A stretch of DNA of 64,000 bases. Source: an uncultured Bacteroidales bacterium (GTDB lineage: Bacteria > Bacteroidota > Bacteroidia > Bacteroidales > FEN-979). The notes beneath the pieces were generated by a model that searched no databases, had not been told where the DNA came from, and saw only the letters and a list, made by a program, of their open reading frames with translations. The stretch spans positions 424 through 64,423 of the forward strand of contig CAISJJ010000129.1 in assembly GCA_903885595.1 (NCBI GenBank), given 5' to 3'. Below, in pieces: positions 28,563 through 37,749 of this stretch (positions are counted from its first letter, which is position 1; each line of letters begins with the position of its first letter). A program made the translations under genes and the position numbers.

Positions 28563-28939
28563 TCACGAATCACGTGTCATTAATTCCATAATCCTATTAG
28601 ACGCCTGATACAGGGTCATTTCATACTGAACGATCATTTGCGCCGGATAGAATCTAAAAACTGATTTGTATTAACATATTCCCCGGTTTCTCCATCCTTA
28701 ATGGCTTTTAGCAACATGATATCTTCCATGTCTTCTATCGAGAGCTTGCGGGTTTTATATCTTGGTATCGGTAGCTGTGACTTGTTTGTATTCCGACATT
28801 GAGATTCCCACCTTATGGACAGGAAAATCGAAGTAATCAAGTTCAGATGAAACAGTTTCAAGGCTATTGAAAGCAGGAGGTCGTTCACCGGTTTTGGGGG
28901 AGGAGAAAAATCAGTCGCCAGGAGAAGATCAAAGAACAC
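28563..28939 (-). pseudogene. Second toxin-antitoxin-like remnant (antitoxin C-terminus plus a 24-codon MIVQYE stub)
   Basis: ..EDMEDIMLLKAIKDGETGEYVNTNQFLDSIRRK* resembles Bacteroidota antitoxin tails; ATGA-coupled MIVQYE... starts at 28637 and stops at 28563. Confidence 0.4.
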
Positions 28940-29060
28940 AAAGCTTTTGTCATGGCCTGTTTCAGAACAAATTGTTAATACTTTTTTCTCAGAAATGCAA
29001 ATTTATTTTCACCTGATTCAGGAATGTAAATTTTAACATATCCCGGTTTCAGAATTGCTA

Positions 29061-29089
29061 TTGAAACCCCCGAAAACTCCCTACTTTTG
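29061..29089 (+). promoter_or_regulatory. Putative -33/-7 promoter of the uvrA-like gene
   Basis: TTG at 29061-29063 and TACTTTTG at 29082-29089, 17 nt before ATG 29107. Confidence 0.6.
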
Positions 29090-29106
29090 CTGCTATATTT
29101 TCCCTC

Positions 29107-32100
29107 ATGCCTTCCAGCGAATCGATAAAAATCACCAACGCCTCTGAACATAATCTCCGTTCGGTTAGTCTTGAATTCCCAAAGAACAAACTGATTGTGG
29201 TTACCGGTGTCTCCGGATCAGGGAAATCATCGCTTATTTTCGATGTATTATACCGGGAAGCCGAAAGTCGCTATCTTGGCTCGTTTTCATCATTTGCCCG
29301 GCAGTTCATGGGCAAACTGAAAAAACCAGCAGTTGAAAAGGTGGATGGATTGTCACCTGCCATTGCCCTCGATCAGAAATCGGTGGTCTCCAATCCCCGC
29401 TCAACGGTTGGAACCATTACGGGCATATATGATTCGCTCCGGTTACTGTTTGCCCGCATCGGTCATCTGCCCGACAAAGGGGTGCCATTTCCATTGAACA
29501 GGAGTTTGTTTTCTTTTAATTCGCCCGAAGGCGCCTGCCCGGGATGCAAGGGAATTGGTGTTGAGGATTTCCTTGACCCGGAGTTATTGATTGCCGATCA
29601 AAACCGGACCCTGCGTCAGGGAGCGCTTAAAATTACAGCGCCCAATGGCTATATCATCTATTCACAGGTGACCCTTGATGTGCTTGACCAGGTTTGCCGG
29701 TCCGAAGGGTTTCATATTGATATCCCCTGGAAAGACCTTACACCAGAACAAAAAAATATTGTCCTTTACGGCAGCGACAAGATCGAAATTCCTTACGGGA
29801 AACATCCCCTCGAATCGCGTATGAAATGGAGTGGCATAACAGCGAAACCACGTGAACTGGGTTTTTACAAGGGGATTCTTCCGGTTATGGAGGTCATACT
29901 GCAACGTGACCGGAACAAAAATATCCTGCGGTTTGTTCGCAGCGGGCAATGTAAAGCATGTGGCGGCCGACGGCTAAATGATAAAGCCCTTTCGGTGAAA
30001 ATTCCCGGTGAAAGTACGATAGTTCATGAAATCAGACATGCTGACGAGAACACCGTCCATGGTTTTGATGGAACCATCCATGCAGATGAGAAAACCATCC
30101 AAGCATACGAAGATACTATCCATGAAGAAGAAGGAACCATCCCTGAATACGAGGGAACCATCCTTCCTTTAAACAAAAAAGAACCAACCTTTTTAAAATC
30201 ATACAACATTGCTGAACTGGCAGCGCTTCAGCTGGATGATCTTCAGAGTGTACTCCGGGGCATCCACTTCGAAAAACCAGATCAGATGATCGCAGGTCCA
30301 ATTGTCACACAAATATCGAAGCAGGTAGACCTGTTGAAACGGCTGGGACTTTGTTACCTGACGACCGATCGCGATTCAACCACCTTGTCGGGTGGGGAAT
30401 CTCAGCGTTTGCGAATGGCTACGCAGGCCGGAACCGGGCTAAGCGGTCTGATCTGCATTTTCGATGAACCCTCGGTCGGGCTGCATCAGCACGATATAAA
30501 AAATTTGATTGACATTCTGAAGGAAATCCGGGACAAGGGCAACACTGTAATCGTTGTGGAACATGAAGAGGAATTCATGCATCATGCCGATTGGCTGATC
30601 GATATTGGTCCTGGACCGGGAACTAACGGGGGCGAAGTGTTGTTCAACGGCACGTTGGAAATGGCCCGTACCCTGTCAGATACTGAAATCAGGAAAAGCC
30701 GGACCTTTTCCTTCCTGTTTGGATTCGAAAAGTTTGAAGGTGGAATCCCTCGGTCAGGACCCATTCCCATGGATTGTAACGGTAAACGCGTACTTCCTGA
30801 GGCAGGATTTATAACCATTGAAGGAGCTTCAGCGCGCAATCTAAGGAACATCGATGTCACCTTTATGCTTCAGGCCCTGAATGTAGTTACAGGAGTATCA
30901 GGCGCTGGAAAATCTACACTGACGAATCATATCCTGGGAGCATTTTTGAATAATAAGCTGCATGATGCCAATGAAGATGTAGGGAAGCACCTGGAAATCA
31001 AAGGCTGGGAAAGGATTGGGAAACTGATCTCCATTGACCAGGCCCCTATCGGCCGCACTCCGCGCAGCAATCCGGCCACCTACACCGGGTTGTTTGATTA
31101 TATCCGCGATCTCTATGCACGGCTACCGCTGGCAATCAGCCGAGGGTACGATAAAAGCCGGTTTTCATTCAATACAGCAGGGGGTCGCTGTGAATCCTGC
31201 CAGGGTGCAGGCTATCAGCAGGTGGGCATGCATTTCATGGGAAATGTGGAAGTGTTGTGCGAGGCGTGCGAAGGCAGACGGTTTGACGATGAAACACTTG
31301 AAATTACCTGTTCCGGCTATGGTGGTTATATTTCATCGCCCCCCGAGCTTACACAAAACAACCATTTTGACGCAGGGGTTACCCCAAAACCTGGAAAAAA
31401 TATTTCTGAAGTTTTGGAAATGACAGTTGCTGAGGCCCTTTCGTTTTTTTCAGATGAACCTAAGATTGCGCGATATCTTGGAACATTAGATAGTCTTGGC
31501 CTGGGATATCTTACACTTGGGCAGCGGTCTTCAACCCTGAGCGGCGGCGAAGCCCAACGAATTAAACTGGCAACTGAACTGGCAAAACCGCAATCGGATC
31601 ATACCCTCTACATTATGGATGAACCGACTACCGGATTGCACCAGGCTGATACCGGAATCTTGCTTAAAGCCCTCGACCGCTTGATAAAACAAGGCCATAC
31701 CGTCATCCTGATTGAACATCATTTGGGACTCATCGCAGCTGCCGATCATATCATCGACCTTGGCCCCGGAAGCGGACGCGATGGCGGGCGATTGATTTTT
31801 TCGGGGTCGCCGGAGGAGATGATTAATTGTAAGGATTCATTTACTGCTGAAGCGCTGAATGAATATCGAATATTGAACAACGAATATCGAATATCGAAGT
31901 TTTTTTCTAACGAAAATCAAGGTGTTTCAACCATACTGTCACAGGGCAATTCATTCGATGTTCGACATTCGACATTCGATATTCAACCTTCAATCTCCCT
32001 AAAGGGCATCTCCACGAACAACCTCAAACACATCGATGCCATTATCCCGCACAACAAGATCACGGTAATCACGGGTGTTTCCGGAAGCGGAAAATCTTCC

Positions 32101-34581
32101 CTGGCATTTGATACCATTTTTGCCGAAGGGCAGAACCGTTTCCTGGAAAGCTTCTCTCCTTATGTGCGAAGTCGCATCGGGCTTAAGGAAAAGGCCGATT
32201 TTGAAAACATTTCCGGACTTACACCCACGTTTGCTGTCGACCAGGGTGGCACCAGCCGGAATTCTCGTTCCACCGTAGGAACCATGACAGGTATCTATGA
32301 CCATTACCGGCTTTTATTCTCGCGCATCGGGAGAAAGGAGGAGGGGAAGGAATCTCGAATATCGAATATTGAATATCGAATGTCGAAGTCTGACCCTGAC
32401 CAGCAGAATGGCAAAATCGTAAATCGTAAATCGTATATCGTAAATCCTCCGCCTTCCTCCAGTCTCTTTTCCTTCAACCACAAGCATGGCGCTTGCCCCG
32501 ATTGCGACGGATTGGGTTTGCTAACGGTTTGTGATCCGGAAAAATTGATTACCCACCCTGGGAGATCCTTGGTGGATGGCGCCATGGATGGTACCAAGAC
32601 CGGGAAATTCTATGGCGATCCATATGGGCAGTATGTGGCCACCCTCAAAGAAGTCGGCGTTCAACATGGCATTGATTTTAACCACACATGGGATTTACTT
32701 TCGAGAGAGGCAAAGGAGATTGCTTTGTATGGAACCGGAGAGGAGATGTACCAAGTTACCTGGGAATTCAAACGGGATGGCCGCATCGGGGAACATCACT
32801 TTACAGGACCCTGGAAAGGAATGGTGACCCTAGTCAATGAAGAATACAGCCGTAAACATGCCGACCATCGGGGCGAAAGCATGATATCGCTCATGAAATC
32901 TGGACCATGTCTTTCCTGTTCTGGGACAAGGTTGCGAAAGGATGCACTGGAGTATGTCGTTCAGGGAAAAAATATTGCTGAGGTTTCGGCGCTGTCGGTT
33001 TCGGCATCGGTCACCTTCTTTAAATCTTTGCTGCCTCAGCTATCAAATTCAATGGAAGTGGAGTCTGCCAAACCACTGATTGGTGAAATTTTACGGAAAC
33101 TAGAGTTTCTATCCGGACTTGGCTTATCATACATTACCATCGACCGCATTTCTTCTACCTTGTCGGGTGGCGAATCCCAACGCATCAGGCTGGCCGGGCA
33201 GCTTGGCTCAGGCCTGACCGGTATCACCTATGTTCTTGATGAACCTACCATCGGACTTCATCCCAGGGATACAGCTAAACTGATGAAACTAATCCGTTCA
33301 CTGCAGGAAAAAGGCAATACTGTCGTAATTGTTGAACACGACAGGGATGTCATCCTCTCAGCCGATTACATCCTTGACATCGGTCCTGGCGCCGGAAAAA
33401 CCGGCGGAACCGTGGTGGCAGCAGGAACACCATCCGAAATTATGAATAATCCCGCTTCAGTAACTGGTCCCTATCTTTTGGAACAGTCAGGCATTTTGCC
33501 TTTGAAAACTTCATCGAAAGCCCTCACGGGGTTAAGCGATGATCTTTCTGCCCAGTCTCGTAGTTTGTCTCTTGGTACTTTCTCAAGCGGGGCCATGGCA
33601 AGTGATAGTCTGAAATCAACCAGGATCAGCCGGAAAAGTATCGGATATTGCCATCGAAACCTGAAACCCGGGCTGGTCATAAGGAATGCCTTTGCCAATA
33701 ATCTTAAGGGTTTCGATCTTGAAATTCCCTCTACCGGGATAATTGCCATCACCGGCGTGTCGGGCAGTGGGAAATCCACTCTGCTATTTGAAGTGATACT
33801 TGCCTCCTGGGAAAATAACAGGCCTGTCGGATGTTCCGGCATTGATGGATTTGAACATTTTCAGCAAATCATCAGCGTTCATCAGCGCACAGGCTTTAAC
33901 TCCTCCCTTGCCACACCGGCCACTTATACTGGTGTTTTCGATCATATCCGCGACCTGTTCGCCGCTTTGTCTGATGCAAAACAATCGGGGGTTGGTAAAA
34001 GCGCTTTTTCATACCTGAATAAGGAGGGGAGATGCGCAACATGTGCCGGTGCAGGTCAGATCCGTATTTCCATGGATTTTCTGTCGGATGTGAATACCCC
34101 ATGTGAACAATGCCAGGGAAAGCGATACAATTCTGAAATCCTTTCATTCCGTTATCAGGAGCACAATATTGCAACCGTTCTGGAGATGACGGTTGCAGAA
34201 GCAGCTCTTTTTTTTAACGGTCATAAGAACATTTCACATAAACTTCAAATGCTTGACAAGGTGGGATTGGGTTACCTCCGGATCGGACAATCCCTTGAAA
34301 CACTTTCGGGAGGTGAATCTCAGCGCCTGGCACTGGCAGCCGAACTGATGAACCCGGGGAAGGGATCCGCATTATACCTGTTTGAGGAACCTTCGACCGG
34401 GCTTCATTTTCGCGATATTGAATTTTTAATGACGTTATTCCATCAACTGGCCGATCAGGGGAATACTTTGCTTGTAATTGAACATGATCCGATGATCATC
34501 GCTCATGCCGACCATGTAATTGAACTAGGGCCTGATGGAGGCGACCAGGGAGGATACCTGGTAAACGTCTCTTCGCCTTGA
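29107..34581 (+). CDS. uvrA: Double-length UvrA-family ABC ATPase (two fused class II-like UvrA units)
   Basis: Four Walker A motifs (GVSG[S/A]GKS[S/T]), four LSGGE[S/A]QR signatures, four [D/E]EP..GLH Walker B motifs and Zn-finger CxxC pairs; 1824 aa. Confidence 0.92.
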   Translation: MPSSESIKITNASEHNLRSVSLEFPKNKLIVVTGVSGSGKSSLIFDVLYREAESRYLGSFSSFARQFMGKLKKPAVEKVDGLSPAIALDQKSVVSNPRSTVGTITGIYDSLRLLFARIGHLPDKGVPFPLNRSLFSFNSPEGACPGCKGIGVEDFLDPELLIADQNRTLRQGALKITAPNGYIIYSQVTLDVLDQVCRSEGFHIDIPWKDLTPEQKNIVLYGSDKIEIPYGKHPLESRMKWSGITAKPRELGFYKGILPVMEVILQRDRNKNILRFVRSGQCKACGGRRLNDKALSVKIPGESTIVHEIRHADENTVHGFDGTIHADEKTIQAYEDTIHEEEGTIPEYEGTILPLNKKEPTFLKSYNIAELAALQLDDLQSVLRGIHFEKPDQMIAGPIVTQISKQVDLLKRLGLCYLTTDRDSTTLSGGESQRLRMATQAGTGLSGLICIFDEPSVGLHQHDIKNLIDILKEIRDKGNTVIVVEHEEEFMHHADWLIDIGPGPGTNGGEVLFNGTLEMARTLSDTEIRKSRTFSFLFGFEKFEGGIPRSGPIPMDCNGKRVLPEAGFITIEGASARNLRNIDVTFMLQALNVVTGVSGAGKSTLTNHILGAFLNNKLHDANEDVGKHLEIKGWERIGKLISIDQAPIGRTPRSNPATYTGLFDYIRDLYARLPLAISRGYDKSRFSFNTAGGRCESCQGAGYQQVGMHFMGNVEVLCEACEGRRFDDETLEITCSGYGGYISSPPELTQNNHFDAGVTPKPGKNISEVLEMTVAEALSFFSDEPKIARYLGTLDSLGLGYLTLGQRSSTLSGGEAQRIKLATELAKPQSDHTLYIMDEPTTGLHQADTGILLKALDRLIKQGHTVILIEHHLGLIAAADHIIDLGPGSGRDGGRLIFSGSPEEMINCKDSFTAEALNEYRILNNEYRISKFFSNENQGVSTILSQGNSFDVRHSTFDIQPSISLKGISTNNLKHIDAIIPHNKITVITGVSGSGKSSLAFDTIFAEGQNRFLESFSPYVRSRIGLKEKADFENISGLTPTFAVDQGGTSRNSRSTVGTMTGIYDHYRLLFSRIGRKEEGKESRISNIEYRMSKSDPDQQNGKIVNRKSYIVNPPPSSSLFSFNHKHGACPDCDGLGLLTVCDPEKLITHPGRSLVDGAMDGTKTGKFYGDPYGQYVATLKEVGVQHGIDFNHTWDLLSREAKEIALYGTGEEMYQVTWEFKRDGRIGEHHFTGPWKGMVTLVNEEYSRKHADHRGESMISLMKSGPCLSCSGTRLRKDALEYVVQGKNIAEVSALSVSASVTFFKSLLPQLSNSMEVESAKPLIGEILRKLEFLSGLGLSYITIDRISSTLSGGESQRIRLAGQLGSGLTGITYVLDEPTIGLHPRDTAKLMKLIRSLQEKGNTVVIVEHDRDVILSADYILDIGPGAGKTGGTVVAAGTPSEIMNNPASVTGPYLLEQSGILPLKTSSKALTGLSDDLSAQSRSLSLGTFSSGAMASDSLKSTRISRKSIGYCHRNLKPGLVIRNAFANNLKGFDLEIPSTGIIAITGVSGSGKSTLLFEVILASWENNRPVGCSGIDGFEHFQQIISVHQRTGFNSSLATPATYTGVFDHIRDLFAALSDAKQSGVGKSAFSYLNKEGRCATCAGAGQIRISMDFLSDVNTPCEQCQGKRYNSEILSFRYQEHNIATVLEMTVAEAALFFNGHKNISHKLQMLDKVGLGYLRIGQSLETLSGGESQRLALAAELMNPGKGSALYLFEEPSTGLHFRDIEFLMTLFHQLADQGNTLLVIEHDPMIIAHADHVIELGPDGGDQGGYLVNVSSP
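30046..30171 (+). repeat. In-frame 21-nt tandem repeat x6 inside uvrA
   Basis: ENTVHGF DGTIHAD EKTIQAY EDTIHEE EGTIPEY EGTILPL; DNA core ACCATCC. Confidence 0.85.
31861..31984. repeat. In-frame inverted GAATRTC cassette in the uvrA inter-unit linker
   Basis: Five heptads + GAAGT, about 50 nt spacer, then TTCGATGTTCGACATTCGACATTCGATATTC. Confidence 0.9.
32350..32445 (+). repeat. In-frame GAATRTC arm plus AAATCGT array inside uvrA
   Basis: Five heptads + GAAGT (32350-32389); AAATCGT x3 ATATCGT AAAT (32414-32445). Confidence 0.9.
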
Positions 34582-34701
34582 CAATAAAAAAATAGGGAAA
34601 GAACCCAATCCTGGCCGCAGTTCTCTCTTTCCCGGATAAAAACAGCGATATTCCAGTGTTTTTTAGTTTTTCTTTTCCGCAGGAACAAATACTGACAGGA
34701 T

Positions 34702-34732
34702 AAAAAAAACCGCCCAGTGTTTGGGGCGGTTT
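34702..34732 (-). terminator. Rho-independent terminator of the OYE gene
   Basis: AAACCGCCC-loop-GGGCGGTTT stem followed by a T-run on the minus strand, in a convergent gap. Confidence 0.75.
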
Positions 34733-34937
34733 CGCATTTGCGATTTAAATCATCCGGCAATCTTGAGATTCCGGATCAGCCTTTGGCTTTTAACACATGT
34801 TCCGGATCAGCGAAACATGCCATAAAATCAAAATAGTTCTGTTACTTTTTTGTAGGTTTCTAAGTTTTAAAATTAGTTGAACAAATATAACTCAAATGAG
34901 GCAGATGTCAAGAAATTTAACGTTTCTTAACACAACA

Positions 34938-36029
34938 TCAGGATGGCTGATAAGGTGGATAATCAGTATATCCATGATGGTCAGGAGTATAGAATGTGTT
35001 AAAATCCCACTGTGTGTTTATATCCCAATCATTCGTCATCCGTTCCACCAAGTCGGGGTTTGTAATGTAGGGTTTTCCAAAAGCAATCAGGTCGGCCAAT
35101 CCACTCTGGAGATCACGTTCGGCAGTCTCCTTTGAATATCCTCCGGCCAGGATCAGGGTGTTATTCAATTTTTCGCGGATGGTTTGTTTGATGGTAATGG
35201 GGACTGCAGGAGCTCCCATGGCGCTGTGATCAACCAGGTGAATGTAAAGAACACCCAGCTTGTCGAGCTGTGAAGCCAGGTAGGTGTATGTGTCGTTGAT
35301 TTCCGGGTAGGGAACCATGCCGCCATTGACCCCATAAGGCGATAGCCTGATAGCAACTTTATCCATCCCGATCGACTGCCCAACTGATTCCACCACTTCC
35401 AGCACAAAGCGGCAGCGGTTTTCGATGCTTCCACCATATTCATCGGTTCGCTGGTTGCTGACGGGTGAAAGAAACTGTTCAAGGAGGTATCCGTTGGCCC
35501 CATGGAGTTCCACTCCGTCAAAGCCTGCAGTAATGGCATTGATGGCTGACTTCATGAATTCCTTTTTGGTATTTATAATATCTTCTGATGTCATCTCCCT
35601 GGGTATAGGTAAGTCCTGCATTCCCTGGCTGTCGGTATACATTTGCCCTGATGCGGCTATGGCTGATGGTGCAATAACTTCAGCACCCAAAGGAAGATTA
35701 TCCTGATGGCCCATCCTGCCGGTATGCATGAACTGGATGAAAATTTTCCCGCCTTTGCTATGAACAGCATCAGTTATCTTTTTCCAGCCAGTTACCTGAG
35801 CATCGCTGTAAATTCCGGGAATCCTGGCATATCCCAAACCGTTTGGAGAGGGGGAAGCACCTTCAGTGATGATCAGGCCGGCACTGGCGCGCTGCCCATA
35901 ATAGGTTGCAATCAGATCGTTCGGGATATTGTTAAGGGCACGCGACCGCGTCATCGGGGCCATCACGACCCTGTTTTTTAATTCAATATTTCCCAGTTTA
36001 TATGGGCTGAATAGTTTGTACATGTTCAT
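34938..36029 (-). CDS. Old yellow enzyme alkene reductase (NemA-like)
   Basis: MAPMTRSR, YYGQRASAGLIITEG, FDGVELHGANGYLLEQFL, NQRTDEYGGSIENR and GYTDYP motifs. Confidence 0.95.
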   Translation of the reverse strand: MNMYKLFSPYKLGNIELKNRVVMAPMTRSRALNNIPNDLIATYYGQRASAGLIITEGASPSPNGLGYARIPGIYSDAQVTGWKKITDAVHSKGGKIFIQFMHTGRMGHQDNLPLGAEVIAPSAIAASGQMYTDSQGMQDLPIPREMTSEDIINTKKEFMKSAINAITAGFDGVELHGANGYLLEQFLSPVSNQRTDEYGGSIENRCRFVLEVVESVGQSIGMDKVAIRLSPYGVNGGMVPYPEINDTYTYLASQLDKLGVLYIHLVDHSAMGAPAVPITIKQTIREKLNNTLILAGGYSKETAERDLQSGLADLIAFGKPYITNPDLVERMTNDWDINTQWDFNTFYTPDHHGYTDYPPYQPS

Positions 36030-36113
36030 GAAATAAGTAAATGATTAAATTTTTTTGCAAAATTATTGCTTTTATTTAGAATTAATATAAATTTGTAGGA
36101 GATTCTTTCAAAA

Positions 36114-36803
36114 ATGAACAAAATAGTAAACAATGCCCTGGAGGCAATCAAAGGGATAGAGAGCAATATGAGCTTGATGTTGGGCGGCTTTGGCTTATGC
36201 GGGATCCCCGAAAACTGCATTGCAGCATTAGCTGCAAGTGATATAACTGGTTTAACCTGCATTTCGAACAATGCCGGGGTCGATGGATTTGGGCTTGGTA
36301 TGTTATTACGCCACCACCAGATCAGGAAAATGATCTCATCATATGTTGGAGAGAATAAGGAATTTGAGCGTCAACTGCTCAGCGGGGAGCTTGAAGTAGA
36401 ATTGATTCCACAAGGAACCCTTGCCGAACGTATCAGGGCAGGAGGGGCAGGTATCCCGGCTTTTTTTGTCCCGGCAGGTTTCGGAACCGAAGTAGCCGAA
36501 GGAAAACCTGTAAGGGAGTTCGACGGTAAAATGTATTTGGAAGAACGCTGGCTGAAAGCTGATTTCGCCATTGTCAAGGCATGGAAAGGGGATACCTACG
36601 GAAATCTTATTTACAGGCATACTGCCAATAACTTCAACCAGGCCATGGCCACCGCCGGCAGAATCACTATTGCTGAGGTGGAGGAGCTTGTCCCGGCCGG
36701 AACCCTCGATCCCGACCACATCCATACTCCCGGTGTATTTGTCCAGCGCATTTTCCAGGGAAGCAACTATGAAAAACGAATCGAATTCGCCACAACCCGC
36801 TAA
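36114..36803 (+). CDS. scoA: 3-oxoacid CoA-transferase subunit A
   Basis: GGFGLCGIPEN, ISSYVGEN, PQGTLAERIRAGGAGIPAF and NFNQAMATAG motifs. Confidence 0.92.
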   Translation: MNKIVNNALEAIKGIESNMSLMLGGFGLCGIPENCIAALAASDITGLTCISNNAGVDGFGLGMLLRHHQIRKMISSYVGENKEFERQLLSGELEVELIPQGTLAERIRAGGAGIPAFFVPAGFGTEVAEGKPVREFDGKMYLEERWLKADFAIVKAWKGDTYGNLIYRHTANNFNQAMATAGRITIAEVEELVPAGTLDPDHIHTPGVFVQRIFQGSNYEKRIEFATTR

Positions 36804-36828
36804 TATGCCGCACACAAATTATAATTCC

Positions 36829-36910
36829 TCACTTGTCATTCGTCACTCGTCATTGGTAATTGGTCATTAGTCATTTTTCATTTGTAAATCGTACCTCGTA
36901 AATCGTAAAT
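36829..36910 (+). repeat. Composite CAYTNGT + AAATCGT heptamer array between scoA and scoB
   Basis: CACTTGT CATTCGT CACTCGT CATTGGT AATTGGT CATTAGT ... AAATCGT ACCTCGT AAATCGT. Confidence 0.9.
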
Positions 36911-36918
36911 TTTCTCCC

Positions 36919-37575
36919 ATGGGTTTAGATAAAAATGGAATAGCAAAACGAATCGCCAGGGAACTCCACGACGGTTATTATGTTAACCTGGGCATAGGAA
37001 TACCGACCCTGGTAGCCAATTACATTCCTGCCGGAATGCAGATTGTGCTCCAGTCGGAAAACGGCTTGCTCGGCATCGGACCGTACCCTTCAAAAGATGA
37101 TATCGATCCCGACCTGATCAATGCAGGAAAGCAAACCATTACGGCACTGCCGGGGGCAGCTTTCTTCGATTCAGCAGCAAGTTTCGCCATGATCCGGGGC
37201 GGACATATTGATCTCACCGTCCTGGGTGCCTTTGAAGTATCGGAAACCGGCGATATCGCTTCCTGGAAGATTCCCGGGAAGCTTGTGAAGGGCATGGGAG
37301 GCGCCATGGACCTGGTTGCATCGGCCAGGAATATCATTGTGGCCATGATGCACACCAATCCGCAAGGGGAATCAAAATTGCTGAAGAAATGCACCCTGCC
37401 GCTGACCGGTGTCGGGGTTGTCAAACGTATCGTTACCGACCTGGCAGTCGTAGACGTAACGCCCATGGGGTTCAAACTGATTGAACGTGCTCCCGGGGTA
37501 TCTGTTCAGGAAATCATTAATGCAACTGAGGGTAACCTCATCGTTGAAGGAGAAATCCCGGAAATAGCTATTTAA
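36919..37575 (+). CDS. scoB: 3-oxoacid CoA-transferase subunit B
   Basis: [17 protein letters not shown] (catalytic Glu), MIRGGHID and GMGGAMDLV motifs. Confidence 0.93.
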   Translation: MGLDKNGIAKRIARELHDGYYVNLGIGIPTLVANYIPAGMQIVLQSENGLLGIGPYPSKDDIDPDLINAGKQTITALPGAAFFDSAASFAMIRGGHIDLTVLGAFEVSETGDIASWKIPGKLVKGMGGAMDLVASARNIIVAMMHTNPQGESKLLKKCTLPLTGVGVVKRIVTDLAVVDVTPMGFKLIERAPGVSVQEIINATEGNLIVEGEIPEIAI

Positions 37576-37578
37576 AAT

Positions 37579-37745
37579 GAATGTCGAATGTCGAATATCG
37601 AATAACGAATATCGAATAACAAACCCATTATTTAGAAAATCTAAAATCCTAAAATGTTACCAGCAATTCGTCACTCGTCATTAGTAATTAGTCATTTGTC
37701 ACTTGTCATTCGTAAATCGTAAATCGTAAATCGTATATCGTAAAT
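37579..37745 (+). repeat. Composite GAATRTC + CAYTNGT + AAATCGT array between scoB and hmgA
   Basis: Six GAATNNC heptads right after the stop; a CAYTNGT block; AAATCGT x3 ATATCGT AAAT ending 4 nt before the ATG. Confidence 0.92.
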
Positions 37746-37749
37746 TACC

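Noticed and set aside
30000-33660. UvrA insertions as inteins or introns
   Set aside because: They are only about 30-65 aa, lack the Cys/Ser start and His-Asn end splice motifs, and keep the frame as simple loop expansions.
36829-37745. Repeat arrays as a CRISPR locus
   Set aside because: Units are 7-9 nt and contiguous, with no unique 30-40-nt spacers and no cas genes in the window.
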